The notes beneath the pieces were generated by a model, which was not told the DNA's origin, did no database searches, and was given only the letters and a program-made list of their open reading frames with translations. Shown here in pieces: positions 22,804 to 34,092 of a DNA stretch of 64,000 bases; positions within the stretch are counted from its first letter, which is position 1; each line of letters opens with the position of its first letter. Position numbers and translations under genes: made by a program. The stretch comes from Vulcanimicrobiota bacterium (GTDB taxonomy: Bacteria; Vulcanimicrobiota; Vulcanimicrobiia; Vulcanimicrobiales; Vulcanimicrobiaceae). The stretch covers positions 171,566 to 235,565 of the forward strand of contig CAWGBN010000005.1 in NCBI GenBank assembly GCA_963820825.1. The letters run 5' to 3'.

Positions 22804-23750
22804 ATGAGATTGACGTTCGCGTCGTATTTGCGGCGCTCGCTCTCTCGCTGGCTTCCTGTCAGGGCTCGGGCCTCGACAGCGGAATGGGCGGCATGGACGC
22901 CGCCAGTTTCGCAACCGGGCTCGATGGCGAACGGCGGCGGCATGCCGGGCTTCCCGGCAGAATCGGCGGCATGGGCAATGCAGGCTCATCCGGCCCGAGC
23001 GTCGGCCCCAACGGACAAGAGCAGCTTGCACCGAACCCCGGCGCGACGCTCGCACCGAACGAAGCGCAGTACCCGATCGGCGCAAGGTCCGAGCGGCATG
23101 AAGTGTCCGGTCGTGCAGCAGTTCAACACGCAGTACAGCTGCACGCTCGCCTTCAACATGCCGACTCCGCGCCAGGGTTCGCCCGGCGCGATCGCCGCAA
23201 GCCGACCGCGAGCCCGACGCCGACCCCGCAGCCGAGCGCCTCGTCCGACGAGCGACGATAGCGACGACAGCGAGCGACATCGCGCGACGCCGACGCCGAC
23301 GCCGGCGGAACGATGACGCTGCAAGATCGAGCCGCTGCCGAAAGACGTGCCGACGATGAACAATCCCGAATCCGCTGCTTCATGCGCGTCACGCCGGTCG
23401 TCGCGATTCGCCTGCAGAGCAACACCGACTTCACGCTCAACGGCGGCGCCTCGGTGCAGTACACGCTTCCCGCCGCTGCAGTACACCGGACGCATCTTCG
23501 CGCTGCAGCTCTTCAACGAAACGACGTTGCGCGGCAAGCGCATCGATCAGTATCATCGGCGAGCTACGCAAAGTATACGACGCCGCAGAGCAACACCGTG
23601 CAGTTTGCCTTCACGCGTCCGCGAGGGTCGCCGTCCGCCACACGCAGATCTGGCTGCTCGCGCTCTACGGCGCGCAGCTTCCGCCGGGCACGACGCCGAC
23701 GCCCTCGCCCACACCTTCACCGACGACGTCACCGACTAGCTCCGCCGTAG
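22804..23750 (+). CDS. Hypothetical lipoprotein with Pro/Thr/Ser-rich linkers (frameshifted)
   Basis: Lipobox LASC, PTPSP repeats and coherent coding fragments in alternating frames. Confidence 0.55.
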
Positions 23751-23770
23751 CGCCGGCGCGTCAGCCGCCG

Positions 23771-25027
23771 GTGACTTCGGCTGCCCGAAGAACGTTCGTC
23801 GCGAGCTTCCTCGGGTGGATGCTCGACGCGTTCGACTTTCTTCTGCTGACCTTCGTCGTCAGCGCGCATCGCGACGACGTTCGATCGAACCATCGCCGAA
23901 GTCACCTTCGCGCATTACGCTGACGCTCATGTGCCGCCCGATCGGGGCGCTGCTCTTCGGCTGGCTCGCCGACCGCTACGGGCGCCGCACGCCCGCTGAT
24001 GATCGACATCGCGCTGTTACTCGCTCATCGAGCTGCTGACCGCGTTCTCGCCGAACTTCACCGTCTTTCTCGTTCTGCGCGCGCTCTACGGCATCGCGAT
24101 GGGCGGCGAGTGGGGACTCGGCGCGGCGACTGACGATGGAAGTGCTGCCGCCGAACCGCCGCGGATTCTACAGCGGCCTGCTGCAGAGCGGCTACATGGC
24201 CGGCTATCTGCTGGCGCGGCGGTCTTACTACGTCGTCTTCACCTTCACGCACTGGGACTGGCGCGGCGCTCTTCGTCATCGGCGTGCTTACCCGCGCTGC
24301 TTGATCTTCTACATCCGCTCGAGCGTGCCGGAGTCGCCCGTCTGGCTGGAAGGCCGCGCCGAGCGCATCTCCGTCGCCGCCGACACTTCCTACTGCGGTC
24401 GATCGCTGCAGCATTGGCCGCTCTTCCTCTACGCGATCGCCTTCATGGCCGGCGCTCAACGCCATGTCGCACGGCACGCAAGATCTCTACGCGACGTTCC
24501 TGCAGAAGCAGCACGGCTTCTCGACCGGCAGCACTTCGCTGCTCTCAATCGTCGCCGCGCTCGGCGCGATCGTCGGCAGCGATCGCTCTTCGGCACGCTC
24601 TCGCAACGCTTCGGCCGCCGCGTCGTCGTCATGATCTGCTCCGCGCTCGGCGCCGTGCGCGATTCCGCTTTGGACATTGAGCCCGACCGTCGCGCTGCTT
24701 GCGCTCGGCGTCTTCGTCGTGCAGTTCGTGGTGCAGGGATGCTGGGGCGTGATCCCCGCGCATCTCAACGAGCTCTCGCCCGCCGAGGTTCGCGGCACGT
24801 TCCCGGGCTTCACCTATCAGCTCGGCAATCTCATCGCCGCCGGCGTCGCACAGTTTGAGGCCGTTCTCGCTACCAGAGTTCCGCTCGCAACCGGCGCTCC
24901 GAATTACGCTGCGGCAATGGGCATCGTCGCCGCCTTCGTGCTTCTCTCGGTGTTCGTGCTCGCGATCCTCGGCTATTTCGTCCGCAAGGAGACGCGCGGG
25001 CTAAGCTTCGCTTCCGTTAAATCCTAG
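23771..25027 (+). CDS. MFS carboxylate transporter, SHS (NanT/Jen1-like) family (frameshifted)
   Basis: [56 protein letters not shown]. Confidence 0.88.
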
Positions 25028-25103
25028 GCTTGCAGAAGTAGCAGCTAAGCGTTGGTCTTATCGACGAGAGGGCCTCGGAAGCACGCGAGCTCGGTTGCTG
25101 CCG

Positions 25104-26087
25104 CTACTGGTCCGCACGACCGTTATACGTAACGCCGTTGATCAGGCTCGAGGTGTCCAATCCGTTGTTGAAGCTATACAAGTATTCGAGACTCTTCGGA
25201 CTGTAGGTATAAACGTCGATGCTAGCCGTTTGATAATCGGACGTCGCAAACCGGGTCGAGTTCTTGTTAAGGTGGCCGTAAAACGCCTCGCCGTGGAGCG
25301 CGAACGGGCCGGCGAATAACGTACATGCCGGCGCGCAGCCTTTGTAAACGTAGAGCTTGCTATCAAAGCTGCTGATCGCCAGCAGATGTCCCTTTCCATC
25401 GATGTCGAGCCCGCCGTAGTACGCGTTCCGGTAGCCGGTCGCCACTGCGCCGGGGAGCGCGCAGCCTTTGAAGTAGGTCAAGGTGGCAACGCCGGTCGCG
25501 TTGGTGGCCGACGCCCAGCAATCGCCGTTCGCGGCCAAGGCAACGGCGGCGACTTCGTACATACCGCTGATCGTAAGATTCTTCGTGCAACCGCTCGAGA
25601 GCGTGCACACCGTGACGCTGCCCGCATCGCTGCCGTCGAAAATATTCGCGACGGCGATGATCCCCGTCGCGGCGTGAAGGCTCGCAACGTCGGACGGCTG
25701 ACCGTAGGGGTCGTCGATCGATCCGAGCTTGCGACCGCACATCTTTGGCCCCTTGAAGACGCCGATGGTGTGGGTGCCTCCGTCGGTATCGATGAGATTG
25801 CCGTCACTGTCCGCGGCGATTCCGCCGGGATAAGCGCCTTTCACCGTGCAAATCGGTGGCCGATTATCGCGATTGCCGCCGCGATACCCAAGAACGCCCG
25901 TCGCACTGCTGACGTAAATCCCGCGCGTAACCGCATCCGGAAGAGCGCCGGCCGCGCGGCGTTCCAGCGCCGGCGCTTGCCCCGTCACCGTAGGCGAGCT
26001 CACCGGTTGCCCTCCACTGCAACCGCTCAGCACCAATGCGGCCGCACCGCCGCAAATTGCAGATCGTACGAACCCCAAGATCCTCAT
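25104..26087 (-). CDS. Beta-propeller-like lipoprotein
   Basis: Lipobox LSGC and Cys-rich blades with DxxGNL motifs. Confidence 0.75.
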   Translation of the reverse strand: MRILGFVRSAICGGAAALVLSGCSGGQPVSSPTVTGQAPALERRAAGALPDAVTRGIYVSSATGVLGYRGGNRDNRPPICTVKGAYPGGIAADSDGNLIDTDGGTHTIGVFKGPKMCGRKLGSIDDPYGQPSDVASLHAATGIIAVANIFDGSDAGSVTVCTLSSGCTKNLTISGMYEVAAVALAANGDCWASATNATGVATLTYFKGCALPGAVATGYRNAYYGGLDIDGKGHLLAISSFDSKLYVYKGCAPACTLFAGPFALHGEAFYGHLNKNSTRFATSDYQTASIDVYTYSPKSLEYLYSFNNGLDTSSLINGVTYNGRADQ

Positions 26088-26217
26088 CCGATATCCTTTC
26101 CGGCCGAACCCAACCGGCCGAATCAATCATATCGGGGTTCCCCAGGACCGCGGAACACACAAGTGTGGGACGAACCCACACAAATTGCGCGCTCGCCCGC
26201 GGGCCGAGCAGCCGCGA

Positions 26218-26874
26218 TTAGCTGCCCAGGATGTTGATCGCCCGCGCGCCGACGGCGACGACCGTCACGAGCGAGATGAAGCTCTCGACCGTCATCAACA
26301 TCTTCGCCCGCGGCCGCAGCGGCAGAACGTCGGTCGGGCTAAACGCCGTCGCGGTATTGTACGCAAGCGCGAGGTAATCGGCGAACTTCGGGCGCCAATC
26401 GGCCGGCAGGCCATCCTCCGGATCGCCGCGCGGGAACGAGAAGTCGGCCCAGCCGTGCCATCCGCTCGCGCGCCGGCTCGGTCCGCCGCGATCGATCTGC
26501 CAGTACGCCAAAGCAAAGACGACGATGTTATTTACCCAGATCGCGATCGACGTCGAGAGCAGCGTCACTCCGCTGATTTCCGAATGTGGCGTCGCCATTT
26601 GGACGAATAGCAGCGCGAGCAACACGAGTTGCACACCGATGTCAAGCGGTATCGCAATTGCCAACACGTACCGTTCTATCCGAGTGAAGACTGCAACTCT
26701 CGGAAAGAACCCGGCCAAGAGCATCGGAACGGCGAGCGCGGCACCGGTCGCGAACGGATACTCGCGCGGCATCAGTTGAAAACGGCCGGGCAGCGCGGCC
26801 AGAAAGGCCGGCAGCACCAGCACGGCAAGCGCAGGCAGAATCTGGGTCTCGGCATATGCGTCCCTTTCTCGCAT
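26218..26874 (-). CDS. DUF1345-like membrane protein
   Basis: YWQIDRGGP, DFSFP, WRPKFADYL, TAFSPTD, ARAINIL. Confidence 0.8.
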   Translation of the reverse strand: MRERDAYAETQILPALAVLVLPAFLAALPGRFQLMPREYPFATGAALAVPMLLAGFFPRVAVFTRIERYVLAIAIPLDIGVQLVLLALLFVQMATPHSEISGVTLLSTSIAIWVNNIVVFALAYWQIDRGGPSRRASGWHGWADFSFPRGDPEDGLPADWRPKFADYLALAYNTATAFSPTDVLPLRPRAKMLMTVESFISLVTVVAVGARAINILGS

Positions 26875-26947
26875 GCGGTTACCTCCAACGCCAAGTGAGC
26901 CGAAGACGTAGGAGGGCCGCAACCGCGAAGTCCGTACTACGCCAACG

Positions 26948-28009
26948 ATGTTGCAGCCGCTTTCCACACCAAACGCCTACTTCTTTGCTCGACCGCTCTC
27001 CGAGCCGCCTTTCGTCGCCGCGAGCCATCTCTTCATGACGGAGGGTGGCAACGTTCTCGTCGATCCGCTTGCGTTCGATGACGCCACGCTCGGGGCCATT
27101 GCCGCCCTCGGCAGCGTATCGCGCATCGTCGTGATGACGCCGGATCGGCAAGACGCTGCCGCCGAGCTCGCCGCGCGCTTCGGCGCCGGCGTAATCGTGC
27201 ACCCGAAGCATCGCGAGCGGCTCGCGCCCGGTATCGTCGCGATTCGCCTCCCCGACCAACGGCGCGAGGACGAGTTCGCGATTACCATTCCCGCGTCGCG
27301 CACGGTAATCGCCGGCGATGCGCTCGTCGGTTCGCCGGCCGGTGCGATCTCGCTGCCGTCGTGCAATGCCGATGCCGATGCACGCAAAGCGGCGCTCGGA
27401 TTGCGCCGAATCCTGCGCGAGAATCCCGAGCGATTGCTACTCGGCCGCGGTCACTCGTTACTCTCCGGCGCCTACGAGGCGCTCTATCGGCTTCTCTACG
27501 CGACCGCCGGTGCGGAGGTACTTCGCATCAATCTCGATGAGCTCGATTTTCGGGACGAGCGCGTCGAACGTGTCGAGCAGCCACCGCAATACGCCTGTCA
27601 CGACGCCGAGGTCGGCTTCGTCATCGGCGCGCGACGCCTCGGATACCGCGTCAGCACGCTCGATCCCGGACAGCGATTCTGCCCGCTGCACGGCCACGCA
27701 AGCGAAGAGGAGCTCTTCTTCGTTATCGACGGCGCGCCGAGCGTTCGCACCTTAGCCGGAACGCTCCGCTGCCGCAAAGGCGACTTCATCGCGTTGCCGG
27801 TCGGCGAAAGCGGAACGCATCAACTCCTCAACGAGAGCGACGCGCCCGCGACGGTGCTGCTCCTGGGCCGCACGGAAGCGGTCGAAGCCTGTTACTATCC
27901 CGATTCGGATAAGCTGCTGCTCGACACACCGGTACCGCTCGTTCGCTGCCTCGACTCGATCATCGTGCGAGCCAACCCGGAGCTGGACTACTTCGACGGC
28001 GAGAACTGA
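26948..28009 (+). CDS. Fusion of a degenerate metallo-beta-lactamase-fold domain and a cupin domain
   Basis: N-terminal GNVLVDP...AGDAL..LLLGRG; C-terminal PLHGHASEEELFFV, KGDFI, THQLLN, YYPDSDK. Confidence 0.75.
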   Translation: MLQPLSTPNAYFFARPLSEPPFVAASHLFMTEGGNVLVDPLAFDDATLGAIAALGSVSRIVVMTPDRQDAAAELAARFGAGVIVHPKHRERLAPGIVAIRLPDQRREDEFAITIPASRTVIAGDALVGSPAGAISLPSCNADADARKAALGLRRILRENPERLLLGRGHSLLSGAYEALYRLLYATAGAEVLRINLDELDFRDERVERVEQPPQYACHDAEVGFVIGARRLGYRVSTLDPGQRFCPLHGHASEEELFFVIDGAPSVRTLAGTLRCRKGDFIALPVGESGTHQLLNESDAPATVLLLGRTEAVEACYYPDSDKLLLDTPVPLVRCLDSIIVRANPELDYFDGEN

Positions 28010-28017
28010 ACCGGAGC

Positions 28018-28950
28018 TTACTTCCCCAAACTCACCGCGGTGCTGATCGGAATATCGAAGCCGTAGAGTTTTTTGAACGGCTTCCCGCCCGCCGGATAGT
28101 GGTAGAAGGCGACGTCGGGCCCGTTTGCATCGGCAGCGTACACCGTTCCATTTTCGATCGAGTACCCTTCGATATGCTTCATGCCGTCGAGCCGGGTCGT
28201 GCCGACGCGTTTTCCGACCCCTCCCCGGATGTTGAATTGATAGATGACTTCAGCGAACTGGTCGGCGATCGCCAAATGCTTCCCGTCCCATTTGACGCCT
28301 CCCGCGAATCGAATGTACTGCCCGATCGAAACGGCAGCGAAGCGCTTCCCTTGCTTCGGAAGCTCGGCTAACGCAAACGCGTTCATCGCCGTCCCGGCCA
28401 CGAACAGGTCGCCGAGGTTATCGTATGCGCAATAATACTCGTTCGTCAGACTCTCAGGCGTGTAATACTTCGGCTTACCGCGCGCCGCAGCATAGATGGC
28501 GACGTTCCCGTGATTGCACGTCGACGGCGTGCAGTCGTTGGCAACGGCGAGGTCGCCGGTCGTTGGATCGACCGAACAATCCGTGGCCGAACCTTTTGGA
28601 TCGGCGAGCGTCTCGATCGGGTTCTTGCCGCCGTGACGGTACTCTCGAATCGCCAGCGAGTCGCCCATCGGAACGAAGACGTCGTCTGCGATGTCGGTGC
28701 AGAGGTCGCCGATACCCGGCAACCCCCACAACGTCTGCACGAGCTTACCGCCCGGCAAGGAGTAGACGTAGACGTCGTCGCCGCCGCTGCCGCTCGCGTT
28801 CGCAACGTAAAGGAGCGTCGCTTTCGACGTGTCGCCACCGGCACGACCAAGAGCCGCGGGGCTGAGCTTCGAGCCGGAAACGAGCGGTGTCACGGCTCCC
28901 CCGCATCCGGCGAGCAGTGCCGCGCTCAGAATTAGTGCAACCGCGCGCAT
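28018..28950 (-). CDS. Beta-propeller-like lipoprotein (paralog family)
   Basis: LLAGC; LLYVAN, EYRHGG, CSVDPTTGDLAV, CAYD, WDGK. Confidence 0.8.
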   Translation of the reverse strand: MRAVALILSAALLAGCGGAVTPLVSGSKLSPAALGRAGGDTSKATLLYVANASGSGGDDVYVYSLPGGKLVQTLWGLPGIGDLCTDIADDVFVPMGDSLAIREYRHGGKNPIETLADPKGSATDCSVDPTTGDLAVANDCTPSTCNHGNVAIYAAARGKPKYYTPESLTNEYYCAYDNLGDLFVAGTAMNAFALAELPKQGKRFAAVSIGQYIRFAGGVKWDGKHLAIADQFAEVIYQFNIRGGVGKRVGTTRLDGMKHIEGYSIENGTVYAADANGPDVAFYHYPAGGKPFKKLYGFDIPISTAVSLGK

Positions 28951-28985
28951 CTCGGCTCTGTATTAGACCGTCTGTTCGCCGGCGC

Positions 28986-29748
28986 CTACTCGCCCGACGC
29001 GCGCAGCCGCTGACGCAGGTGAACGACTGCCCGGGCGTGGATTTGCGAAACGCGCGATTCCGAGACGCCCAGCGCGTCCTTGATCTGCTTGAGGGTGTCG
29101 CCGTTAAAGTAGTATCGTCGAATTACCGTCCGTTCTTGCTGCGGAAGATCGCTCGACGGCCCGCACGAGCTCGCGACGAAGCTCGTCGCGCTCGATCTCC
29201 CGGTTACGTCGCTCTCAACGTCCTCGATCGTATCTCGAAGATAGAGTTCGTGGTCCCCGTAGTTCGGCAGCGTTCCTCGAGCGAGACGACGCTCGTGCCG
29301 CGAGCCCGCTGGGCATCAGGCGATCGAGCTCGCGCCGCGAAACCCCAAGCCGCGCGGCGAGCTCGTCGTCGGTCGGATGCCCGTCCGAGTTCGACTTCGA
29401 GCCGGTCGTACGCCCGTTCGACCTGGCGCGCCGCTGGCGAACCGTGCGCGGAACCCAGTCGAGCGAACGCAGCGCATCGAAGAATCGCCCCGTTTATCCG
29501 GGTGATCGCATACGTTTCGAACTTCACCGAGCGCGCATCGTCGTACTTTTCGATCGCGTCGATCAGGCCGAAGACGCCGTCGCTGATCAGGTCGTTGATG
29601 TCGACATTCGACGGCAGGTTGACGAAGATGCGGCCCGCGACATACTTGACCAGGGTAGGTACCGATGGATGACCTCTTCGCGCGTGAAGGCGGCGCCGTC
29701 GATGGTGTAACGGCGGGCGGGATCGGCGCGCAGCATCGCCTTACTCAC
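28986..29748 (-). CDS. FliA/WhiG-family RNA polymerase sigma factor (frameshifted)
   Basis: Manual reading: [70 protein letters not shown]. Confidence 0.88.
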
Positions 29749-30963
29749 GGCACGCGACGGTGCGGAGCCCGAAAGTGCATTGCCTCCCGGTAGAGGTAGA
29801 GTCGATCGCTCACGTGCGCTCGTAATCTTCCTTGAGCATTACCTCGGCCAGACGCGGAGTCCTCGCGAGCTGTTTGAAGAGCACGAGTGAAGCGGCTCGG
29901 ACGCTTTTCGAGGTAGCGCATGAGCCGCACGCGATGCGCTAGTCGCGTGCAAATCGTTTTCGATCAGCTCGCCGAAGCGAGCGGTCGTCGCACGTTGCCC
30001 GTCGGTTCCGGCGCATGCCACCGCGTCGGCGACAAAGCGTCCGCTCATCGCCGCTTCGTAGATTCCCTCGCCGTTGGTCGCGTCCACCAGCCCGGCCGCC
30101 GTCCCGCCGACCAATACTCCGTCAGTCGGCAACACGCGGGCCGCGGCATACCGCCGTAGAGCAGATGCCCTTCGATTTTGACGCGCGCACGCGCGATCTC
30201 CGGGATAGAGACGCGCGCGCGTCGCTTCGGTGAACTCATCGAGCTCGGCGCGCAGCGGCTCGCGCCGGCATCTTTCCCATCACGCCCAGACCGATCGCCA
30301 GGTGATCGCGTTTGGGAAACATCCAGGCGATGATCTGACGCCCGTCGCGCGCCGTGTAGTAGTGCAGCTCGAGCGTGTGATACGCTACCGCCGCCGCCGG
30401 CCGTTCGAGATAGACGCGGTACTGCAGCGTCGTCAGCAGTCCGTCGCGCCAGCGCTCCCAGGCCAGCCGTCCCAAACGCCGGATGAGTCGAGCCGCGCCG
30501 TCGCGCCGCACCGCCAAGAAGACGTTGCGCGCGCCGATCGTGCGCCGCACCCCGGCCGCGAGATCGGCGTATTCGACGACCGTCCGGTCACCGCTCGCGA
30601 CGGATGCTCCGAAGCAGCGCTTGCGTGCGCACTTCTGCGCCCGCGGCTTGCGCCAGCGCGCCATCGTGCCGTCCAGCTCCTCGCGCGTGGTGGTATGACC
30701 GGGGCCAATGAAGATCTCGTGCTCGCCGCCGCGCGCGTCGAAGAGCGCAAGGCGCGGCGTATCGCAATGCACGATCTCGCGCGGCAGATCGAAGGTCTTG
30801 CAGAAGCCCGGACGCAGTCCGGCCGCGCAGACGCGCTTTGCGCCGACGACCGCGTCGCGCTCGAGCACGACGGTTTCACCCCCGCGACGCCGCCTCCGAG
30901 CGGCCGTTGCCCCGCGGGGCCGCAGCCCACCACCAAAAACTCGGTGCTCTCGGGACCGCTCAT
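29745..30963 (-). CDS. Geranylgeranyl-reductase-family FAD oxidoreductase (frameshifted)
   Basis: LVVGCGPAG, KRVCAAGL, WMFPK, AAGLVDATNGEGIYEAAMSG. Confidence 0.82.
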
Positions 30964-31139
30964 GATCGAGCAGCTTCGCCGGTGGCCCGCCTTAACCACG
31001 CGGACGCCTGTTTCGTTCATTAAGCGACGGAGAGATTTTTCGGCGAGAGCCGCACGATAGGACTTGCGTGCCCGCCGGAGTAGGCAAGCCGGTCGGCCCC
31101 TCCGGGCCGGTATTTTTGCTTGAACTTTAAGGAATAGGA

Positions 31140-33263
31140 ATGACCGCACAGACAGCGATCGCAGCCGGACTTGATCGGCGGCGCCCTTGCCGTGCTCTAC
31201 GGCATAGCGCTCACCTTCTGGGTGCTCGCGCAGCCCGCCGGCAACGAGCGCATGCGCGAGATCGCCGCCGCGATCCAAGAAGGCGCGATGGCCTTCCTCC
31301 AGCGCCAGTACCGCACCGTCGGCATCGTCGCGATCGTGCTCGCGATCGTCATTCTGCTTCGCCCCGACGCTCGGCAAGGAGGCCGCCGATCGGCTTCTTG
31401 ATCGGCGCGATCCTCTCGGGCGCGGCCGGCTTCATCGGCATGATCGTCTCGGTGCGCGCCAACGTGCGCACGGCCGAGGCCGCGCGCGGCGGCTTGGCGC
31501 CCGCGCTCAACGTCGCGTTCCGCGGCGGCTCGGTCACGGGCATGCTGGTCGTCGGTCTCGGCCTGCTCGCCGTCTCCGGCTACTACGCGCATCCTGCTCA
31601 ACGTCAACGACGGCGACACCGCGACCTCGCTCAACGCGATGGTCGGCCTCGCCTTCGGCTGTTCGCTGATCTCGGTCTTCGCGCGTCTGGGCGGCGGCAT
31701 CTACACGAAGGCCGCCGACGTCGGCGCCGACCTCGTCGGCAAAGTCGAAGCCGGCATTCCCGAAGACGACCCGCGCAATCCCGGCGGTGATCGCCGACAA
31801 CGTCGGCGACAACGTCGGCGACTGCGCCGGCATGGCCGCCGACCTCTTCGAGACCTACTGCGTCACGACGGTCGCCGCGATGCTGCTCGGCAATCTGCTC
31901 TTCGGCATCGACGCTTCCCGGCGCGACGACGTTCCCGCTGCTGCTCGGCGCCGTCTCGATCGTCGCCTCGATCATCGGCGCGATCTTCGTCGGCGTCGGC
32001 GACGTGCAGACGAGCGCAAGATCATGCGCGCGCTCTATCGCGGCATGATCGTCGCCGGCGTCCTCGCGCTGATCGGCTTCTACTTCGTCGCGAACGCAAC
32101 GTCTTTGCCGGACGCCGCCGGCGCGTCAGCCGCACGGCATCTTCATCTGCGCGGTCGTCGGCGTGGTGATTACCGGCGCTCATTACGTTCATCACCGAGT
32201 ACTACACCGGCACGCAGTTCCCGCCGGTGCGCGCGCATCGCCAAGGCGTCGGTCACCGGTCACGCAACCAACATCATCGCCGGCCTCGCCGTCTCGATGC
32301 AGGCGACCGCGCTTCCCGCGCATCGTCATCGTCGTCGGCATCCTGGTCAGCTACGCGCTGGCCGGCGTCTACGGCGTCGGCATCGCCGTCATGTCGATGC
32401 TCTCGATGGCCGGCATCATCGTCGCCATCGACTCGTTCGGCCCGATCACCGACAACGCCGGCGGCATCGCCGAGATGGCCGACATGCCGCGACGACGTCC
32501 GCGACGTCACCGATCCGCTCGACGCCGTCGGCAACACGACCAAGGCCGTCACCAAGGGCTACGCGATCGGATCGGCCGCGCTCGCCGCGATCGTGCTCTT
32601 CGCCTCGTTCCTACAGCAGCTCATCAACCACAAGTGCCCGGGCACGCCGACGGCCGCGTGCACCGACGGCGTGCGCAATCTCTTTGCGATCGGCAATCCG
32701 TTCGTGCTTGACGGGCTCTTCATCGGCGGCTTGCTGCCCTATCTCTTCGCATCGCTTTCGATGGAGGCGGTCGGACGCGCCGGCGGCGCCGTCGTCGAAG
32801 AGGTGCGCCGTCAGTTCCGCGAGATTCCCGGCATCATGGCGGGCACCGCGCGGCCCGACTACGGCGACGACGGTCGACATCGTGACCCGCGCCGCGCTAC
32901 GCGAAATGATCGTTCCGGCGCTCATTCCGGTCGGCGTTCCGCGTGCTCGTCGTGCTGCTCTCGTACTTCGGCGTCTTCCCGGACGACACCGGCGCGCAGA
33001 TGATGGGCGGCATCCTCGTCGGCTCGATCGTCACCGGCTTCTTCGTCGCGATCTCGATGACGTCGGGCGGCGGCGCGTGGGACAACGCCAAGAAATACAT
33101 CGAAGACGGCAACTACGGCGGCAAAGGCTCGATCGCGCACCAGGCCGCAGTCACCGGCGACACCGTCGGCGATCCCTACAAAGACACCGCCGGCCCCGCA
33201 ATCAACCCGATGATCAAGGTGCTCAACATCGTCGCCCTGCTGCTCGTCGCTTTCCTGCGCTAA
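31140..33263 (+). CDS. hppA: Membrane H+-translocating pyrophosphatase, probably K+-independent (frameshifted)
   Basis: [45 protein letters not shown] (Lys variant), [20 protein letters not shown]. Confidence 0.93.
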
Positions 33264-33282
33264 CTTGTGTCACTCCGGTCTG

Positions 33283-33390
33283 TGTCACCCTAAGCGAAGG
33301 TGCGAAGCACCGCAGTCGAAGGGCGAGCACGAAGCGAGTTCCAATGTGTCATCCTGAGCCGAGCCGCGGAGCGGCTCGTGTCGAAGGACG
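33283..33390. repeat. Two tandem REP-like repeats
   Basis: TGTCACCCTAAGCGAA-[GGTGC GAA GCACC]-GCAGTCGAAGGGCG and TGTCATCCTGAGC-[CGAGCCGC GGA GCGGCTCG]-TGTCGAAGGACG. Confidence 0.7.
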
Positions 33391-33406
33391 ATCGACGCGC
33401 GGTGCG

Positions 33407-33880
33407 ATGTCACTACTCTGCGCGCTGGCACTGAGCACCTCGCTCGCTGCCGCTGCCGCGACCAAAACGACGGTTAGCATCTACCAACCCTGGTCGTCGA
33501 ACGGATTGCGCCACGGCTTTGCCGTCGCGCATAAGGCTTCCGGCTCGTGCTGGAGTCACTCGCTGACGACCGACCGCGCCGACGCGTGGCGCTGCTTCAT
33601 CGGTAACGACACCTGGGATCCATGCTTCGAATGGAGCTCCCACTCGCTCGTCGCGGCCTGCGCCGAGACGCCGTTTAGCCGGCGCGTCGTGCTGCTGACC
33701 CTCAAGAAACCGCTTCCGAGCGAAGGCAACGCGACGACGACAATGCTTCAGCCCAAAGGCGAGCCCTGGGGCGTGCAGCTGACCAACGGCGACACATGCT
33801 CGTTTGAGGCCGGCGCTACCGACGTCGTCGCGGGCGAGCGGATGAACTACGATTGCCAAGAAGATCGTCTGGTCCAGTAA
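33407..33880 (+). CDS. Secreted Cys-rich hypothetical protein, possibly C-terminally truncated
   Basis: Signal peptide [44 protein letters not shown]. Confidence 0.6.
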   Translation: MSLLCALALSTSLAAAAATKTTVSIYQPWSSNGLRHGFAVAHKASGSCWSHSLTTDRADAWRCFIGNDTWDPCFEWSSHSLVAACAETPFSRRVVLLTLKKPLPSEGNATTTMLQPKGEPWGVQLTNGDTCSFEAGATDVVAGERMNYDCQEDRLVQ

Positions 33881-34092
33881 GTCGCACCTCATCCGCGTCG
33901 GAGTCGCAACCGCGGTCTTCTAAGGTAGGAATCCCGGTAGTTCGTCCTGCGCCCAAGCGACTCGGCGAGCGCAATTCACACACTTTTTGACACACTGCCG
34001 TCTGTCTGAAGCGCCGGCGCCTCTGGGATTGGTAGGCTAGCCGCGAGCGCGTCTACGCCACGCGCGTGCCATCCGATAAGTAAGGAGCTTCG

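Noticed and set aside
21055..33263. Programmed frameshifting or mass pseudogenisation of thrS, hppA and others
   Set aside because: Indels are numerous and irregular, not at consistent slippery sites, and hit essential genes. Assembly error is far more likely.
31787..33880. 697-aa ORF apparently fusing HppA to a secreted protein
   Set aside because: Created by frameshifts. HppA has its own stop at 33263 and the linker is translated REP-like repeat.
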